A program made the position numbers and the translations under genes. From Eledone cirrhosa (taxonomy: Eukaryota), in NCBI GenBank assembly GCA_964016885.1, contig OZ024743.1:273606001-273670000 (forward strand): a stretch of 64,000 bases of DNA. The letters run 5' to 3'. Positions 62,429-64,000 of the stretch are shown piece by piece; position 1 is the first letter of the stretch, and every line of letters begins with the position of its first letter. The notes beneath the pieces were generated by a model that was not told the DNA's origin, made no database searches, and saw only the letters and a program-made list of their open reading frames with translations.

Positions 62429-62467
62429 CTGTTTTTGTGTGTTTGCGTGTGTGTTAAATATATATCG

Positions 62468-64000
62468 ACTAGCAGAAAAACCACCCACCGGGTGGTTTTC
62501 TGCTAGTCTATTTATATATATAACCAGCAATTTCTCTGTCTGTCCGACAGTGGAAACACGTGCGTAGAGAGAGAGTGAGAGTGAAGGAAAGAGATAGACT
62601 ACGAGAGGGGGATAGCGGGAGGGAGAGAGGGAGAGAGAGAGAGTGAATAGACGCTAAAACACGTGCTACAGAAACATTACCTTCCCCTCTCCACTGACTT
62701 TGGTCACTGAGGCGGAGGGAATCGCTGGTTGTTATAGAGACACTTTGCACAAGCCAGAAGTAACCAGTTCGAGGCGGTTCTGACTTGACACCATGCGAAG
62801 AAGGTTGCCATTGAATTTGTGGTTGTTGCTGCTGATAATAAGGACCATTTGAAGAAGGTTGCTGCTGTTGAGGTAATTTATTAATCAGATTGCGCAGTTC
62901 CATAACCTACGTTTGATTTGTTCAATTTTTTACTTCAATTTTATTTTTGTTTTTTTTTATTTCTTATTAAAAAAATATAAATAATAAAATAAGGTTAGAA
63001 ATTTAAATACAATCAAATACGATTTAATTTCCATTTCCAACAGCCAATGTCCAGTGTTCAATTTCATGAAAAAATTGGAAATAATTCAAAAAATTGAAGT
63101 TTAACTTTTGAACATTTGTTTTGACAATGAACAAATATTTCCTTATTCACACTTAATGGTATGATTAAAATTTCATAGGAATATTTTTTTCTAACCGCCA
63201 GTTATTTAAATATTATTAAAAATAATTTTTTTTTTTAAAAGAAAGGAAGATTTTGTGGATTTTTTTACTACCTTCCAAGCCTTAAACACTAATTCTCGCG
63301 AATTTATCTTTTGTAATGACCCTCAGAACGCTGCTATTGTTGATTCCAATAGTGCCTGGTATTCGAATATGTTAGTATACAATTGTTTGAATAAAATTAA
63401 GGCGCAAACAAAATTTTTTTCGGCTTCGGCCCATATTATTTTTGGGAAAATTCTATTGGCTCTAATGAGTCTGCCTCTGTTAGCGTTATTTGCGACAGTC
63501 ACCATTTCTTGACTTTCAAGTCTATATATGTAAAGCTGAGGTTGTCTGTCTGTCGTTCTACTAAAGCCTTCGGCACACATCTCCTCTTAAACCGTACGTT
63601 TAAATTTCAGGGAAATTGCTACACTTATAGATGAAGGTCCGGCGGAGTCACTGCCTGTCTGTCTGTTTACTAAAACCTTCGGCACACATCTCCTCTTAAA
63701 CCGTACGTTCAAATTTCGGTGAAATTGCTACACTTATAGATGAAGGTCCGGCGGAGTCAAAACTTTTCAAATCGACCCACGCCAAGTGTAAAAATCGAAT
63801 TTTTAATCTCCTTATAATATATAACCAGCAATTTTTCTGTCTGTCTGTCTGACAGTGGAAACACGTGCGCGCGTGCGAATGTTTTTTGCGCACGCGTAGA
63901 GAGAGAGTGAGAGTGAAAGAAAGAGACAGACTACGAGAGGGGGATAGCGGGAGGGAGAGAGAGAGAGAGTGAATAGACGCTAAAACACGTGCGCGCGTGC
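62468..64000 (+). mobile_element. Cluster of Helitron-like non-autonomous elements
   Basis: Hairpin plus CTAG end at 62468-62507; TC-initiated heads at 62507, 63520 and 63807; ~113-bp tandem duplication at 63544-63760. Confidence 0.6.

Overview
AT-rich, microsatellite-dense animal genomic DNA. An octopod cephalopod origin is an inference from the SINE families and (TA)n/(GA)n load. There is almost no host coding sequence: one convincing short first coding exon at 30247-30360 (+), possibly BAIAP3/Munc13-4-like, apparently followed by a very long intron. Most ORF-track entries are microsatellite artefacts. The rest is mobile DNA: tRNA-derived SINEs, LINE remnants (CR1-, RTE-, CRE- and R4/NeSL-like), mariner/hAT remnants, Helitron-like elements and a 5'-truncated Penelope-like element (PLE; RT + GIY-YIG) with an inverted pLTR. 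The striking feature is a dense population of small non-coding ribozyme-bearing retroelements inserted in (TA)n tracts. By eye I count roughly 30 intact, half or decayed hammerhead motifs from more than ten families, arranged as tandem 445-643 nt units (retrozyme-like) or fold-back palindromes. One family (copies at 11642-11743, 33670-33771 and 52895-52996) carries an apparent NON-circularly permuted, multi-pseudoknotted hammerhead. It is supported by compensatory base changes and by element ends lying next to the predicted cleavage site. A second family has a tRNA-like module where the others have a ribozyme, yet shows the same PLE-type insertion geometry. All structures were folded by eye, no activity is demonstrated, and boundaries are approximate.
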